This document shows positions 9,195 to 19,939 of a stretch of 64,000 bases of DNA, piece after piece. Source of the stretch: Winogradskyella sp. (GTDB lineage Bacteria > Bacteroidota > Bacteroidia > Flavobacteriales > Flavobacteriaceae); assembly GCF_013213835.1 (NCBI RefSeq), contig NZ_JABSSU010000005.1, forward strand, positions 205,294-269,293, written 5' to 3'. Made by a program: the position numbers and the translations under genes. The notes beneath the pieces are model-generated. The model had not been told where the DNA came from. It saw only the letters and a list, made by a program, of their open reading frames with translations, and did no database searches. The number at the start of each line of letters is the position of its first letter. Position 1 is the stretch's first letter.

Positions 9195-10526
9195 TTACAG
9201 ATTTCGAACAGCATTTTTAAATTGACGACCTCTATCTTCATAGTTTTCAAACAAGTCGCAACTTGCACATGCCGGAGACAATAACACGTTATCACCTGCT
9301 TCGGCCACCTTATATGCAATCTTTACAGCTTCCTCTATATATTGCGTTTCTACGATTATATCAACCATATTTCCGAAGGCATCGAGCAACTTGGCATTAT
9401 CAACACCAAGGCATATAATGGCTTTAACCTTTTCATTAATAAAAGGATATAGCTCAGTATAGTCATTACCTTTATCTACTCCTCCAACAATCCAAACTGT
9501 TGGCGCATCCATGCTTTCTAATGCAAAATAAGTTGCATTAACATTGGTTGCTTTAGAGTCATTAATGTATTGCACTTTATTAATTTTCAATACATGTTCT
9601 AAGCGGTGCTCTACGCCTTGAAAATTTTCTAAACTCTCTCTAATCGTCTGCTTTCTTATTTTAAGCAAATGTGCCACTGTAGAGGCAGCCATGGCATTTT
9701 TCACGTTATGTTTGCCTTGTAATCTTAAGTTTGCTGTTGGCATAATTATTTTATTATTATCTATCGTTATTATTATGTTATTGTTATCTAAATAAGCGCC
9801 TTCTTCCACAACTTGAGTTATTGAAAAAGGTAATTTTTTGGATTGAATTGAATTGTTTTGAAGCCAGTTTGAAATCACTTCATCATCTGCATCATATATG
9901 AAATAATCCTCGTTAGATTGATTCTCAACAATCCTAAATTTTGAAATGATGTAATTCTCAAACTTATAATCATATCGATCTAAATGATCTGGTGTAATAT
10001 TGGTTAGTACTGCAATTTTCGGCTGAAAGCTACTGATGTCATCCAATTGAAAACTACTTACCTCAAGCACATAATTTTCATGGTTTTCTTCTAGAATTTG
10101 TTTTGCAAAACTGTCACCAATATTACCAGCTAAACCCACATTTAATTCTTGCTTTAACAAGTGATGCGTTAACGTTGCTGTTGTGGTTTTACCATTACTA
10201 CCAGTTATAGCCACCAAAGTGGCATCTGTATAATTTGAAGCAAACTCAATTTCAGAAACTATTGTAATTCCCGCAGTTCTTATTTTTTGGATCAAAGCCA
10301 CTTTATCTGGAATCCCAGGACTTTTCATGATGAGATCTGCATTCAGAATGTTTAATTCTGTATGCTGCTCATCTTCAAATTCAATCTCATTATTTAAAAG
10401 AACGTCTCTATAATTTTCTTTAATTTTTCCCTTATCGGAGACAAACACATCATATCCTTTTTCCTTTGCTAAAAGTGCGGTACCAACTCCACTTACTCCT
10501 CCTCCCAATATGACTAATCTTTTCAT
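9195..10526 (-). CDS. murD: UDP-N-acetylmuramoylalanine--D-glutamate ligase
   Basis: 443 aa. GGGVSG dinucleotide-like N-terminus and GSNGKTTT P-loop. Confidence 0.95.
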   Translation of the reverse strand: MKRLVILGGGVSGVGTALLAKEKGYDVFVSDKGKIKENYRDVLLNNEIEFEDEQHTELNILNADLIMKSPGIPDKVALIQKIRTAGITIVSEIEFASNYTDATLVAITGSNGKTTTATLTHHLLKQELNVGLAGNIGDSFAKQILEENHENYVLEVSSFQLDDISSFQPKIAVLTNITPDHLDRYDYKFENYIISKFRIVENQSNEDYFIYDADDEVISNWLQNNSIQSKKLPFSITQVVEEGAYLDNNNIIITIDNNKIIMPTANLRLQGKHNVKNAMAASTVAHLLKIRKQTIRESLENFQGVEHRLEHVLKINKVQYINDSKATNVNATYFALESMDAPTVWIVGGVDKGNDYTELYPFINEKVKAIICLGVDNAKLLDAFGNMVDIIVETQYIEEAVKIAYKVAEAGDNVLLSPACASCDLFENYEDRGRQFKNAVRNL

Positions 10527-11767
10527 TATCTAATCTTCAATGTCACAATAGAAAGGATGGCTAGCAGTATACTAACAATCCAAAATCGTGTTACAATTTT
10601 ACTTTCATGATATCCTGATTTTTGATAATGATGATGCAACGGAGACATCTTAAAAATTCTCCGACCTTCACCATACTTTTTCTTGGTGTATTTGAAATAA
10701 CTCACCTGCATCATCACAGATAAATTTTCAGCTAAAAAGATGCCACATAATAATGGAATCAACCATTCCTTTCTTACAGCTATACCAATTACAGCAATGA
10801 TTCCTCCAATAGTTAAACTTCCAGTATCTCCCATAAAAACCGAAGCCGGATATGCATTATACCACAGGAACCCAACAAGAGCACCGACAAAAGCTGCGAT
10901 ATAGATGGTGATTTCTTCTACTTGTGGTATGTACATGATGTTGAGATACTTTGAGAAGATGATATTACCCGAAACCCAGGCAAAAATACCTAAGGTAAGT
11001 ACTACAACTGCTGAAGTTCCTGCAGCTAAACCATCGATTCCATCTGTTAAATTGGCCCCATTAGAGACCGCTGTAACAATGACTATGGTGAGCAAAACAA
11101 AAATGATCCAAGCATATTTTTCTAATTCTGGACTAATCCATGTAATGAGATCTGAATAATCAAACTCGTTATTTTTTACAAATGGAATGGTGGTCTTGGT
11201 AGACTTCTTTGCTTCATCAAATAATTTTGCTTCAGGAATATTAGAGTTTTCTGCAAGTAATTCTTGTTGCACTTGTAAAGGCAATTCTTCTTTGATGGTA
11301 ACATCTCCATGAAAATACAAGGTTAACCCAACAATAAGTCCTAAACCAACTTGGCCCAAAACCTTAAATCTTCCTTTTAGACCTTCTTTATCGTTTTTAA
11401 ACTTTTTAATATAATCGTCTAAAAACCCAATCACTCCCATCCAGAGTGTTGTAATAATCAACAGAATAATATAGATGTTTTCTAGCTTAGCAATCAACAA
11501 CACCGGGATCAATGTTGCTAGTATAATAATGATTCCTCCCATGGTCGGTGTCCCAGCTTTTTGAGCTTGTCCTTCTAAACCAAGATCTCTAATAGTTTCC
11601 CCAACCTGTTTTCTTCTTAAGAATTCAATGATACGTTTACCATAAATCGTTGATATCAACAAAGACAAAATTATTGCTAGAGCGGCTCTAAAGGTTAAGA
11701 ACCCAAATAGCGAAGCCCCAGGAAACTGAAATTGTTGTTCGAGATATTCAAATAAGTAATATAACAT
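10526..11767 (-). CDS. mraY: Phospho-N-acetylmuramoyl-pentapeptide transferase
   Basis: 413 aa polytopic protein. Motifs [10 protein letters not shown] and MGDTGSL. Confidence 0.95.
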   Translation of the reverse strand: MLYYLFEYLEQQFQFPGASLFGFLTFRAALAIILSLLISTIYGKRIIEFLRRKQVGETIRDLGLEGQAQKAGTPTMGGIIIILATLIPVLLIAKLENIYIILLIITTLWMGVIGFLDDYIKKFKNDKEGLKGRFKVLGQVGLGLIVGLTLYFHGDVTIKEELPLQVQQELLAENSNIPEAKLFDEAKKSTKTTIPFVKNNEFDYSDLITWISPELEKYAWIIFVLLTIVIVTAVSNGANLTDGIDGLAAGTSAVVVLTLGIFAWVSGNIIFSKYLNIMYIPQVEEITIYIAAFVGALVGFLWYNAYPASVFMGDTGSLTIGGIIAVIGIAVRKEWLIPLLCGIFLAENLSVMMQVSYFKYTKKKYGEGRRIFKMSPLHHHYQKSGYHESKIVTRFWIVSILLAILSIVTLKIR

Positions 11768-13231
11768 CTACTTCTGTAATTGTTTTAAAAGTTCATTTAC
11801 GGTTTTATAGTCATCAAAATCGAAACGCTCACCATTAATTTCTTGATATGTTTCGTGTCCCTTACCTGCAATAAGAATAATGTCTTTAGACTCTGCCATT
11901 TGACACGCTGTTTTTATAGCCTGCTTTCTATCTGTTATGGACAAGGTCTTTTTGAAATTTTGAGGCTCAACACCTTCTTCCATTTCCTGAATAATAGTTT
12001 CAGGATTTTCACTTCGTGGATTGTCACTTGTAAAAATCACCTTCGTACTTAGTGCTGAAGCAATATGCGCCATCTTTGGCCGCTTAGTTTTATCTCTATC
12101 ACCACCACAACCCACGACAGTTATCAATTGCTCATTATTAGTACGGATATTATTTATAGTTTGAAGTACATTCTTTAACGCATCTGGTGTATGCGCATAA
12201 TCTACAATCGCAGTTATTTTATTTTCTGAAATGAGATATTGGAAACGACCTGAAACATTTTCAAGCTCACTAATAAGTCTTAAAATTTCTTCTTTTTCTA
12301 GTCCTAAAAGCTCAGCAGCACCATAAATAGCAAGAATATTATAAGCATTGAAACTCCCAATTAACCTTGTCCATAATTCATTGTCATTTACCTTTAATAG
12401 CAAGCCACTAAATTCATTTTCTAAAATCTGTGCTCTATAGTCTGCATAGTTCTTCAAGGCATAGGTGTACTTTCTTGCCTGGGTATTCTGAAGCATTACT
12501 AAACCATTCTTGTCATCAATATTTGATAATACAAATGCCTCTTTTGGTAATACATCAAAAAACGATTTTTTAACATCTCGATATTCCGCAAACGAACTGT
12601 GATAATCTAAATGATCGTGCGATAGATTAGTGAAAATTCCACCTTCAAACTTTAAGCCTTCTATTCTACTTTGATGAATACCATGTGAGCTCGCTTCCAT
12701 AAAACAAAACTCAACTCCTTCATCATTCATTAATTTTAGGTAGTAGTTTATACTCAATGAATCTGGTGTAGTGTGCGTCGCTTTATATTCAGTTTCACCA
12801 ACCATAATTTTCACTGTAGACAACAAGCCAACTTTGTAACCTGCGTTTTTAAACAATTCATATAACAAGCTTGTTACGGTTGTTTTACCATTAGTACCCG
12901 TAACACCTACCAATCTCAAATTTTGTGATGGATGCTCATAGTAATTTGCAGCCATAAAAGCTAGCGCCTCATTAGAATTCGCTACTTCTACATAGGTTAC
13001 TCCTTCTTGTAAATTTTCAGGAAGTGTTTCACAAACAATGGTGTTTGCCCCTTTTTCTATAGCTTTCTCTATAAAATCATGTCCATTTGAGACAGCACCA
13101 GTTATAGCAACAAATACATCTTCTTGAGTTACCTTACGAGAGTCAAACTCAATTTTCTTTATGAATATACTCGTACTACCAACGACAGCATTTATAGTCA
13201 CCTTATACAATATGTCCTTTAATACTTTCAT
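11768..13231 (-). CDS. murE: UDP-MurNAc-tripeptide synthetase (meso-DAP adding)
   Basis: 487 aa. GVTGTNGKTT P-loop and the DNPR motif (SDNPRSENP). Confidence 0.95.
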   Translation of the reverse strand: MKVLKDILYKVTINAVVGSTSIFIKKIEFDSRKVTQEDVFVAITGAVSNGHDFIEKAIEKGANTIVCETLPENLQEGVTYVEVANSNEALAFMAANYYEHPSQNLRLVGVTGTNGKTTVTSLLYELFKNAGYKVGLLSTVKIMVGETEYKATHTTPDSLSINYYLKLMNDEGVEFCFMEASSHGIHQSRIEGLKFEGGIFTNLSHDHLDYHSSFAEYRDVKKSFFDVLPKEAFVLSNIDDKNGLVMLQNTQARKYTYALKNYADYRAQILENEFSGLLLKVNDNELWTRLIGSFNAYNILAIYGAAELLGLEKEEILRLISELENVSGRFQYLISENKITAIVDYAHTPDALKNVLQTINNIRTNNEQLITVVGCGGDRDKTKRPKMAHIASALSTKVIFTSDNPRSENPETIIQEMEEGVEPQNFKKTLSITDRKQAIKTACQMAESKDIILIAGKGHETYQEINGERFDFDDYKTVNELLKQLQK

Positions 13232-15243
13232 GAGGCTTCTAAGACAATTGTTTGGTTAGCTTTCAATTTTTGATGCTTACTTATAGATTGAGATTTTACG
13301 GTTCCACTACCTTTAAGTTTCACCCTAACATCTACTTGTAAATTTTCTAACAGCGCAATAGCATCCATAGCTGGCATACCAACGACACTCGGCATTAACT
13401 CTTTGTACTTATTTGCATAATCAAAATAAGCATCATAATCTGCATCGACATTATTATTATCAAAAACGAGACCTTCAACCTCATCAATTACAGGTGTATC
13501 TGTATAAATCTTTTGTGCTATTCTTTTAAAAACTGGTCCAGAAACATCAGCACCATAATACCCAACTTTTGTACTTGGCTTATGAATTACTACAATACAA
13601 GAATATTTAGGGTTATCTGCCGGAAAGTAACCTGCAAATGATGAAATGTATTTTTTATCTTCTTTCCATTCTTCATAGTTAGCATAATCCGTTCTGGCAG
13701 TCCCGGTTTTACCAGCCATTGAAAATGTTTCTGAATACATACGCTGACCTGTACCACGAATCACAATATTCTTCAGCATATCCTTTACTTCACCTAAAGT
13801 CTCATCCGAACAAATCTTATCCACTAACACTTCCTTCTCAAACACCTCAATATCCTTGTCAAAGGACTTCACTGACCTTATAAATCGAGGCTTTATCAAC
13901 TCACCATCATTAGCAATTGCATTATAAAAAGCCAAGGTTTGCAAAGGCGTCATTGTTAAGTTATAGCCATAAGCCATTGATGGTAGTGCGTTTCTACTCC
14001 AGTTTACGGCACCTGGCCTAGGAATATCTGGCTTTCCTTCACCTATTATAGAAACACCTAGCGGTTGGTCTAATCTCCATTTACTTAAGCGATCTAAAAA
14101 CTTTTCAGGTTTCTTGGAATAATGATCATCAACAATGGTAGCTAAACCAATATTTGAGGATACTTCTAAAGCTCTAGCTGCAGAAATTTTACCATAACCA
14201 CCACGATGGGAATCACTAATAGTTCTTCCATAAAAATATTTCGTTCCTTTCTTAGTATCAACTACTGTAGACGTGTCTATTACCTTATCCTCTAATGCGG
14301 CCATTATGGCCATGACTTTAAACGTAGAACCAGGCTCATGACTTTCACCAACAGCATAGTTTAACTTTTCGTAATATGTTTCTTTTGAAGTTCTTGCAAG
14401 ATTAGAAATTGCTCTAATTTCACCAGTTCTAACATCCATAACAACTACACAACCATGCTCAGCCTCATATTTCTCTAGCTGACCTAACAAGGAATGGTGT
14501 GCAATATCTTGAACATTAACATCTATTGTAGTGTACACATCATAACCATCTTGTGGTTCAACCTGATCAAAATCTGCAATAGGCTTCCATTGTCCATTAC
14601 CTATTTTCTGCTTTAGACGCTTTCCTTTTTTGCCTTGCAAGTATTTTTCACCGAACGCACCATCAATACCTACTCTTGTCGCATAATTATTTTCATCAAT
14701 GCGCTCGTAACCAATAGACCTAGCCGCTATTTCTCCCATTGGATGTTCGCGTCTTGTGGTTTGCTCCACAATCAAACCACCTTTAATAGCACCAAGATTT
14801 AACAATGGAAAACTGCGCATTCTTAAATAGTCAGAATAGCTGATATTTCTGGCTAATAAGAAGTATCTATTTCTGTTTTTACGTGCTTTCCTTAATATAT
14901 TTTTATAGTAAGATTTAGGCTTGCCTTTATACAGAGACAATGAATCAGCCAAGGCATCAAGGTGTTTTTCAAAAGTTGCTTTTTTTGCCTGTATAGCATC
15001 AATCCTAATATCATATTTAGGAATTGAAGTTGCTAATAAACTTCCGTCTGCAGAATATACATTCCCACGATTGGGTTCAATATCAAAATCCCTAACAGTA
15101 CGTTTCTCTGCTAACTCGCGATACTGATCACCTTGCACAAACTGAATACTACACAGTTTAAAAACCACTGCAAGCACAAAGACAAACATGCAACCTGCCA
15201 CAAAGTACAATCTGTTTAATATGTTAGTTTCGGTTGTTGCCAA
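13228..15243 (-). CDS. ftsI: Class B penicillin-binding protein (PBP3/FtsI)
   Basis: 671 aa. N-terminal TM anchor. Transpeptidase motifs STFK, SSN and KTGT. Confidence 0.93.
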   Translation of the reverse strand: MATTETNILNRLYFVAGCMFVFVLAVVFKLCSIQFVQGDQYRELAEKRTVRDFDIEPNRGNVYSADGSLLATSIPKYDIRIDAIQAKKATFEKHLDALADSLSLYKGKPKSYYKNILRKARKNRNRYFLLARNISYSDYLRMRSFPLLNLGAIKGGLIVEQTTRREHPMGEIAARSIGYERIDENNYATRVGIDGAFGEKYLQGKKGKRLKQKIGNGQWKPIADFDQVEPQDGYDVYTTIDVNVQDIAHHSLLGQLEKYEAEHGCVVVMDVRTGEIRAISNLARTSKETYYEKLNYAVGESHEPGSTFKVMAIMAALEDKVIDTSTVVDTKKGTKYFYGRTISDSHRGGYGKISAARALEVSSNIGLATIVDDHYSKKPEKFLDRLSKWRLDQPLGVSIIGEGKPDIPRPGAVNWSRNALPSMAYGYNLTMTPLQTLAFYNAIANDGELIKPRFIRSVKSFDKDIEVFEKEVLVDKICSDETLGEVKDMLKNIVIRGTGQRMYSETFSMAGKTGTARTDYANYEEWKEDKKYISSFAGYFPADNPKYSCIVVIHKPSTKVGYYGADVSGPVFKRIAQKIYTDTPVIDEVEGLVFDNNNVDADYDAYFDYANKYKELMPSVVGMPAMDAIALLENLQVDVRVKLKGSGTVKSQSISKHQKLKANQTIVLEAS

Positions 15244-15246
15244 GCT

Positions 15247-15567
15247 CTATTTTTCCTGTGTTTTAATTCTGATTTTCGTTGGCGGCACTTCAGAAATATA
15301 TATTTCCTTTTCTGCCACTTTATTTATTATTGTGGATTCCATCTTCAGACGCATCAACTTTGAACGACCATCCACAAAAGCAGATCTTAATTCTTTAACT
15401 TCATTGGTTAAACGCGCGATTTCATGCACTTTTTCATCAGCCTTATGAGAACTTGCAATCATTATAATCGCCAGAAACGAAACAAAAATGATGATACGCC
15501 AATTTTTAAACGAATCATCACTGATTAGAAACTTCCCTCTTAATATGCTGTAGATGCTTTTCTTCAT
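15247..15567 (-). CDS. FtsL-like small bitopic division protein
   Basis: 106 aa. One TM helix followed by a helical segment. It occupies the ftsL slot between rsmH (4-nt overlap) and ftsI. Confidence 0.7.
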   Translation of the reverse strand: MKKSIYSILRGKFLISDDSFKNWRIIIFVSFLAIIMIASSHKADEKVHEIARLTNEVKELRSAFVDGRSKLMRLKMESTIINKVAEKEIYISEVPPTKIRIKTQEK

Positions 15568-16463
15568 ATTTTTTCAGCAATTCTCAACTTTGCGCTTCTC
15601 GCTCTATTATTATCTTTTATTTCAGCTTCGGTTGGCACAATCAAGCCTCCTACTTTTCTTAACGGTACCTCAAAATTTCCGAACATATCGCGCTCTGGTT
15701 CACCTTCAAACAATCCGTTTCTTATAAATCGTTTTACTAACCTATCTTCTAATGAGTGATATGAAATAAAACTGAGTCTACCACCTACTTTAAGAACCTC
15801 TGGCATCTGCTGTAACAACTCTTTTAATACTTCAATTTCTTGATTCACTTCAATTCTTATCGCCTGATAAATCTGAGCTAAAACTTTATTTTCACGCTTA
15901 TGATTTAAAAAACGCTTTAAAACCAATTTCAATTGTTGACCCGTCTCAATAGGCGCTATTTTACGTTCCGAAACTATAACTCTCGCCATGGCAGGCGCTT
16001 GCCTTAATTCTCCATACTGCAATAGCACCGAGCGTAACTGCTCCTCTTCATATTCATTAATTACCTCAAAGGCAGAAAGTTTATCATCTTGATTCATTCT
16101 CATATCTAACCTCGCATCAAAACGTGTTGAAAATCCGCGCTCAGCAACATCAAACTGATGAGAAGACACACCAAAATCAGCTAAAACGCCGTCAACTTCC
16201 TTAACACCATAGAATCTTAAGAACCTTTTTATATATCTGAAATTCTCATTGATGAGCACAAAACGACTATCATCTATTTTGTTAGCTAAAGCATCTTTAT
16301 CTTGATCAAAAGCAAACAATTTACCTTGCTCACCAAGTCTAGACAAAATCTCTCTGCTATGACCTCCACCGCCGAATGTTACATCTACATAAACACCATC
16401 TGGCTTTATATTTAAACCATCTACGGTTTCCTTAAGCAGCACTGCATTATGATAATCCATCAT
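15564..16463 (-). CDS. rsmH: 16S rRNA (cytosine1402-N4)-methyltransferase
   Basis: 299 aa. SAM-binding motif VDVTFGGGGHS. Second gene of the dcw cluster. Confidence 0.95.
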   Translation of the reverse strand: MMDYHNAVLLKETVDGLNIKPDGVYVDVTFGGGGHSREILSRLGEQGKLFAFDQDKDALANKIDDSRFVLINENFRYIKRFLRFYGVKEVDGVLADFGVSSHQFDVAERGFSTRFDARLDMRMNQDDKLSAFEVINEYEEEQLRSVLLQYGELRQAPAMARVIVSERKIAPIETGQQLKLVLKRFLNHKRENKVLAQIYQAIRIEVNQEIEVLKELLQQMPEVLKVGGRLSFISYHSLEDRLVKRFIRNGLFEGEPERDMFGNFEVPLRKVGGLIVPTEAEIKDNNRARSAKLRIAEKI

Positions 16464-16914
16464 CTTCGTCTTGTCCCATTACCTCTTCAGCCAAATCGGC
16501 AAAGTCTAAAGCCGCATCATCAATTGCCTGCTCATACCTGTCTTTATCCCATATTTCAATAATATTGACCGCGGAAGCCAAAACAACCTCTTTGCTTATA
16601 CCAGAAAAGCCCATTAAATCTTTTGGAATCAACAATCTACCCGCATTATCTACTTCAACCACCTTCACACCAGCCGTAAAACGTCTAATAAAATCGTTGT
16701 TTTTCTTCTTGAAGCGATTGAGCTTATTCACCTTAGTCATTAAAACATTCCATTCTTCCATGGGATATAACTCTAGACAAGGCTGAAATACTGCTCGTTT
16801 TAAAACAAAACCATTCTGCAAAGCAGCTGACAACTGCTTTTTTAACGCTGCAGGAATCATCAATCTTCCTTTAGAATCAGCTTTACATTCATATGTTCCT
16901 ATAAATGAATTCAA
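16447..16914 (-). CDS. mraZ: Transcriptional regulator MraZ
   Basis: Two DxxxR repeats (DSKGRLMIP, DNAGRLLIP). I start at the TTG at 16914, giving (M)NSFIGTYECK and 155 aa. The ORF-track ATG at 16971 lies inside the predicted MraZ operator and adds 19 non-conserved-looking residues. Confidence 0.85.
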   Translation of the reverse strand: MNSFIGTYECKADSKGRLMIPAALKKQLSAALQNGFVLKRAVFQPCLELYPMEEWNVLMTKVNKLNRFKKKNNDFIRRFTAGVKVVEVDNAGRLLIPKDLMGFSGISKEVVLASAVNIIEIWDKDRYEQAIDDAALDFADLAEEVMGQDEDDGLS

Positions 16915-16965
16915 TGGAGTGGTTTTAGTAGCTAAACGATTTAAATCCAAAGATATTGAAAAAAT

Positions 16966-16991
16966 TACCACATTTTACCACTAACTCCCAC
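16966..16991 (-). promoter_or_regulatory. Candidate MraZ operator: three direct GTGGKA boxes with 10-bp phasing
   Basis: The minus strand reads GTGGGAgttaGTGGTAaaatGTGGTA (boxes at 16991-16986, 16981-16976 and 16971-16966). This lies about 50 nt upstream of the proposed mraZ start. It resembles the E. coli arrangement of three TGGGN repeats at 10-bp period. Confidence 0.55.
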
Positions 16992-17330
16992 TTTTGTTGA
17001 TAAGTTTTAAAGTCACAAGAACCCAACATATCTCAACCACTATATTTTACTGCTTTTACGAAGTGTTAATTGTAGTGGTAATTATTAACAGAGTGATGTC
17101 TTCTGAAGAAAAAAGAAAAAAATGAAACTATATGATCCGACTTGATTTAAAAAAGATTTAACCTTATATGCTCGAAGCAAACAAAATTTTAATTTAGAGG
17201 TTATAAAAACTAGTTTTACTCGAGGAATCAATTCGTGAGTTCAAATATTTTTTTCATTTATATGTATTGAGATTTATAAATAAAAAAAATCATGTACTTT
17301 TGTTTTTAACATTAAGCACTAATTCCATAG

Positions 17331-18095
17331 ATGACACACCTTTTAAAAGAAGAAAAGGATTATAGGTATATTGAAGTAGGAGAAGGCACACCAATCATAG
17401 TGTTGCATGGCTTAATGGGTGGATTAAGTAACTTCGATGCAGTCACCAATTTTTTTGGTAGTAATGGCTATAAAGTTGTGATACCTGAGTTACCTATTTA
17501 CACTATGTCTCTTCTAAAAACCAATGTGAAGAGTTTTGCCAACTACCTTAAGGATTTTATTGAATTTAAAGATTTTGATGAAGTTTTACTATTAGGAAAT
17601 TCACTTGGTGGCCATATTGGACTTTACCACACTAAACTTTATCCAGAAAAGGTAAAAGGCTTAATAATAACGGGAAGCTCAGGACTTTATGAGAGTGCCA
17701 TGGGAAGTGGTTACACTAAAAGAAGTGACTACGAAGTGATTAAGAAGAAAGCTCAAGATGTATTTTACGATCCTGAGGTAGCTACTAAAGAAATCGTAGA
17801 TGAAGTTTACGAGACTGTTAACGACAGAAATAAACTAGTTAAAACTTTAGCTATTGCCAAAAGCGCGATTCGTCATAACATGGCTAAAGATTTACCTAAA
17901 ATGGAAACACCAACTTGTATCATTTGGGGCAAGAATGATAATGTAACACCACCAGAAGTTGCTGAGGAATTCCATGAGTTGTTACCAGATTCCGACTTAT
18001 TTTGGATAGACAAATGTGGCCATGCTGCAATGATGGAGCATCCTGAAGAATTTAATACAATTTTGAATTCTTGGCTCGAGAAACGTCAATTTTAA
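17331..18095 (+). CDS. Alpha/beta-fold hydrolase
   Basis: 254 aa. HGLMGG oxyanion region, nucleophile elbow GNSLGG and C-terminal CGH. Confidence 0.8.
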   Translation: MTHLLKEEKDYRYIEVGEGTPIIVLHGLMGGLSNFDAVTNFFGSNGYKVVIPELPIYTMSLLKTNVKSFANYLKDFIEFKDFDEVLLLGNSLGGHIGLYHTKLYPEKVKGLIITGSSGLYESAMGSGYTKRSDYEVIKKKAQDVFYDPEVATKEIVDEVYETVNDRNKLVKTLAIAKSAIRHNMAKDLPKMETPTCIIWGKNDNVTPPEVAEEFHELLPDSDLFWIDKCGHAAMMEHPEEFNTILNSWLEKRQF

Positions 18096-18154
18096 GATTC
18101 TTACGAAGTCAATAAGACCAAATAATACTTTATTATACGTTTAACTAAAAAAGA

Positions 18155-18172
18155 TTCCCACTTTCGTGGGAA
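18155..18172. repeat. GC-rich intergenic hairpin (ttCCCAC-tttc-GTGGGaa)
   Basis: Perfect 7-bp stem with a 4-nt loop, immediately upstream of the engB ATG. Same architecture as 54260-54273 and 54307-54327. Confidence 0.6.
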
Positions 18173-18177
18173 ATGAT

Positions 18178-18795
18178 ATGAAAATAAAATCGGCTGAATT
18201 TGTAATGAGTAATTCTGATGTGGCAAAATGCCCTAAGAATACTATTCCAGAATACGCTTTTATAGGTCGCAGTAACGTTGGTAAGTCTTCTCTTATTAAT
18301 ATGTTGACTAACCGAAAGAGTTTAGCGAAGACTTCCGGAAAGCCAGGAAAAACACAACTGATTAATCATTTTATCATCAATAACAATTGGTTTTTAGTCG
18401 ATTTACCAGGTTACGGTTATGCTCGTGTTTCTAAAACGTCTAAAAAGACATTTCAAAAATTTATTACTAACTATTTTGAACAACGTAAACAATTGGTTTC
18501 TGCTTTTGTTCTCGTTGATATTAGACACCAACCTCAACCTATTGATTTAGATTTTATGATGTATTTAGGTGAAAATGGTATTCCGTTTGGAATCATTTTT
18601 ACTAAAGCAGATAAACTAAAACCTAAGGCTATTGAAAAACATGTTGATGATTATTGCAATGTTTTACTTGAAACTTGGGAAGAATTACCACCATACTTCA
18701 TTACCTCTTCGAGCAAAAAAATAGGTCAAGATGATGTGCTCGATTTTATTGAAGCTACTAACGAGGAAATCGCAAATTTAAGTTCAGACTTATAA
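18178..18795 (+). CDS. engB: Ribosome-biogenesis GTPase YihA/YsxC (EngB)
   Basis: G1 [13 protein letters not shown]3 DLPGYG, G4 TKADK. I use the ATG at 18178; the track start at 18166 is a GTG inside the hairpin. Confidence 0.9.
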   Translation: MKIKSAEFVMSNSDVAKCPKNTIPEYAFIGRSNVGKSSLINMLTNRKSLAKTSGKPGKTQLINHFIINNNWFLVDLPGYGYARVSKTSKKTFQKFITNYFEQRKQLVSAFVLVDIRHQPQPIDLDFMMYLGENGIPFGIIFTKADKLKPKAIEKHVDDYCNVLLETWEELPPYFITSSSKKIGQDDVLDFIEATNEEIANLSSDL

Positions 18796-19884
18796 TTAAG
18801 TTTTAACGTCTAGCGCATCTCTTAAGGCATTACCAATCAACATAAATGCCATTACCAAGAACATGATACATAATCCTGGTATAATTGCTAAATACGGCTT
18901 ACCTAGGATAATATAATTGTAGTGATCTTTTATCATAGCTCCCCAACTTGCCATTGGAGGTTGTGCGCCAATACCCAAGAAGCATAAACCACTCTCAATT
19001 AAAATTGCTGCAGCAAAGTTCGCCGCTGAAATTACGATTAGAGGACCAAATATATTTGGTAAGATATGCTTAGTAATTATTCTATAATCATTATAACCTA
19101 ATGCTCTTGCAGCGGTTACATATTGCATTTCTTTTGCACTTATAATTTGACCTCTTACAACTCTTGCCACTTCAACCCACATGGTTAAACCGACAGCAAT
19201 AAAGACTTGCCAAAATCCTTTACCTAAAGCCAAAGTAATTGCAATAACCAATAAAAGTGTTGGAATAGACCATGTAATATTAATAATCCACATAATAAAG
19301 GCATCTATCTTTCTACCATAATAACCCGCTATACTTCCCATTAATAATCCTACCAAAAGTGAAATAAGCACAGCTACAAAACCAATAAAAAAAGATATAC
19401 GAGAACCAATTAATACACGGCTTAAATAGTCTCTTCCGTATTTATCTGTTCCAAAGGTAAATGTCCGCGTTTCGATGTAATCTTCAAACTTGCCACCACC
19501 TAAAGCATCTATACTCAATTCTTTTTCAACACCTTTTAATCCATCTGATGCATATTCAACATAACTCAATACATTATCCTTGATTCTATAGGATTGAATA
19601 GGAATTTCTGTATCTGTATTATCCTTGCCAAAGAATAGTTTAGAAAACACATTTTGATCAGACGATATACCTGAAGGAATCGTTAGCATCCCTACTTCAA
19701 AACCAGGAGACTTAGAATGAATGGAGAGATGCATCTGGTTAGCGTTTTTAGAAGCGTCTGGCGCAAACACATAAGCAAAAATTGAAACTAAACCAATACA
19801 AACAATAGCTACAAAACTAAAAACGCCCCAAAAGTTTTTTTTAAACTTTTGAAGCGCTAAAGCTGTAAGTGAATTATTTTTCAA
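18796..19884 (-). CDS. ABC transporter permease (DppC/OppC type)
   Basis: 362 aa, with about 6 TM helices. EAA-like loop AARALGYNDYRIITKHILPN. No partner ATPase or binding protein is present in the window. Confidence 0.8.
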   Translation of the reverse strand: MKNNSLTALALQKFKKNFWGVFSFVAIVCIGLVSIFAYVFAPDASKNANQMHLSIHSKSPGFEVGMLTIPSGISSDQNVFSKLFFGKDNTDTEIPIQSYRIKDNVLSYVEYASDGLKGVEKELSIDALGGGKFEDYIETRTFTFGTDKYGRDYLSRVLIGSRISFFIGFVAVLISLLVGLLMGSIAGYYGRKIDAFIMWIINITWSIPTLLLVIAITLALGKGFWQVFIAVGLTMWVEVARVVRGQIISAKEMQYVTAARALGYNDYRIITKHILPNIFGPLIVISAANFAAAILIESGLCFLGIGAQPPMASWGAMIKDHYNYIILGKPYLAIIPGLCIMFLVMAFMLIGNALRDALDVKT

Positions 19885-19939
19885 AGGTATCTTATTAGAG
19901 TATTGTTAAGCGTACCAATATACATTTTAATTATAAAAA

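Noticed and set aside
16915-16971. Longest-ORF N-terminal extensions from the ORF track for mraZ, and similarly at 22219-22272 (surE), 32996-33097 (DPP-IV), 27386-27475 (thioredoxin-like), 39851-39889 (lptC), 18166-18177 (engB), 54318-54332 (ilvA) and 1253-1258 (yqeY)
   Set aside because: In each case the extension precedes a signal peptide or the conserved family N-terminus, or it lies in a hairpin or operator. An internal ATG (TTG for mraZ) gives a protein of typical length.
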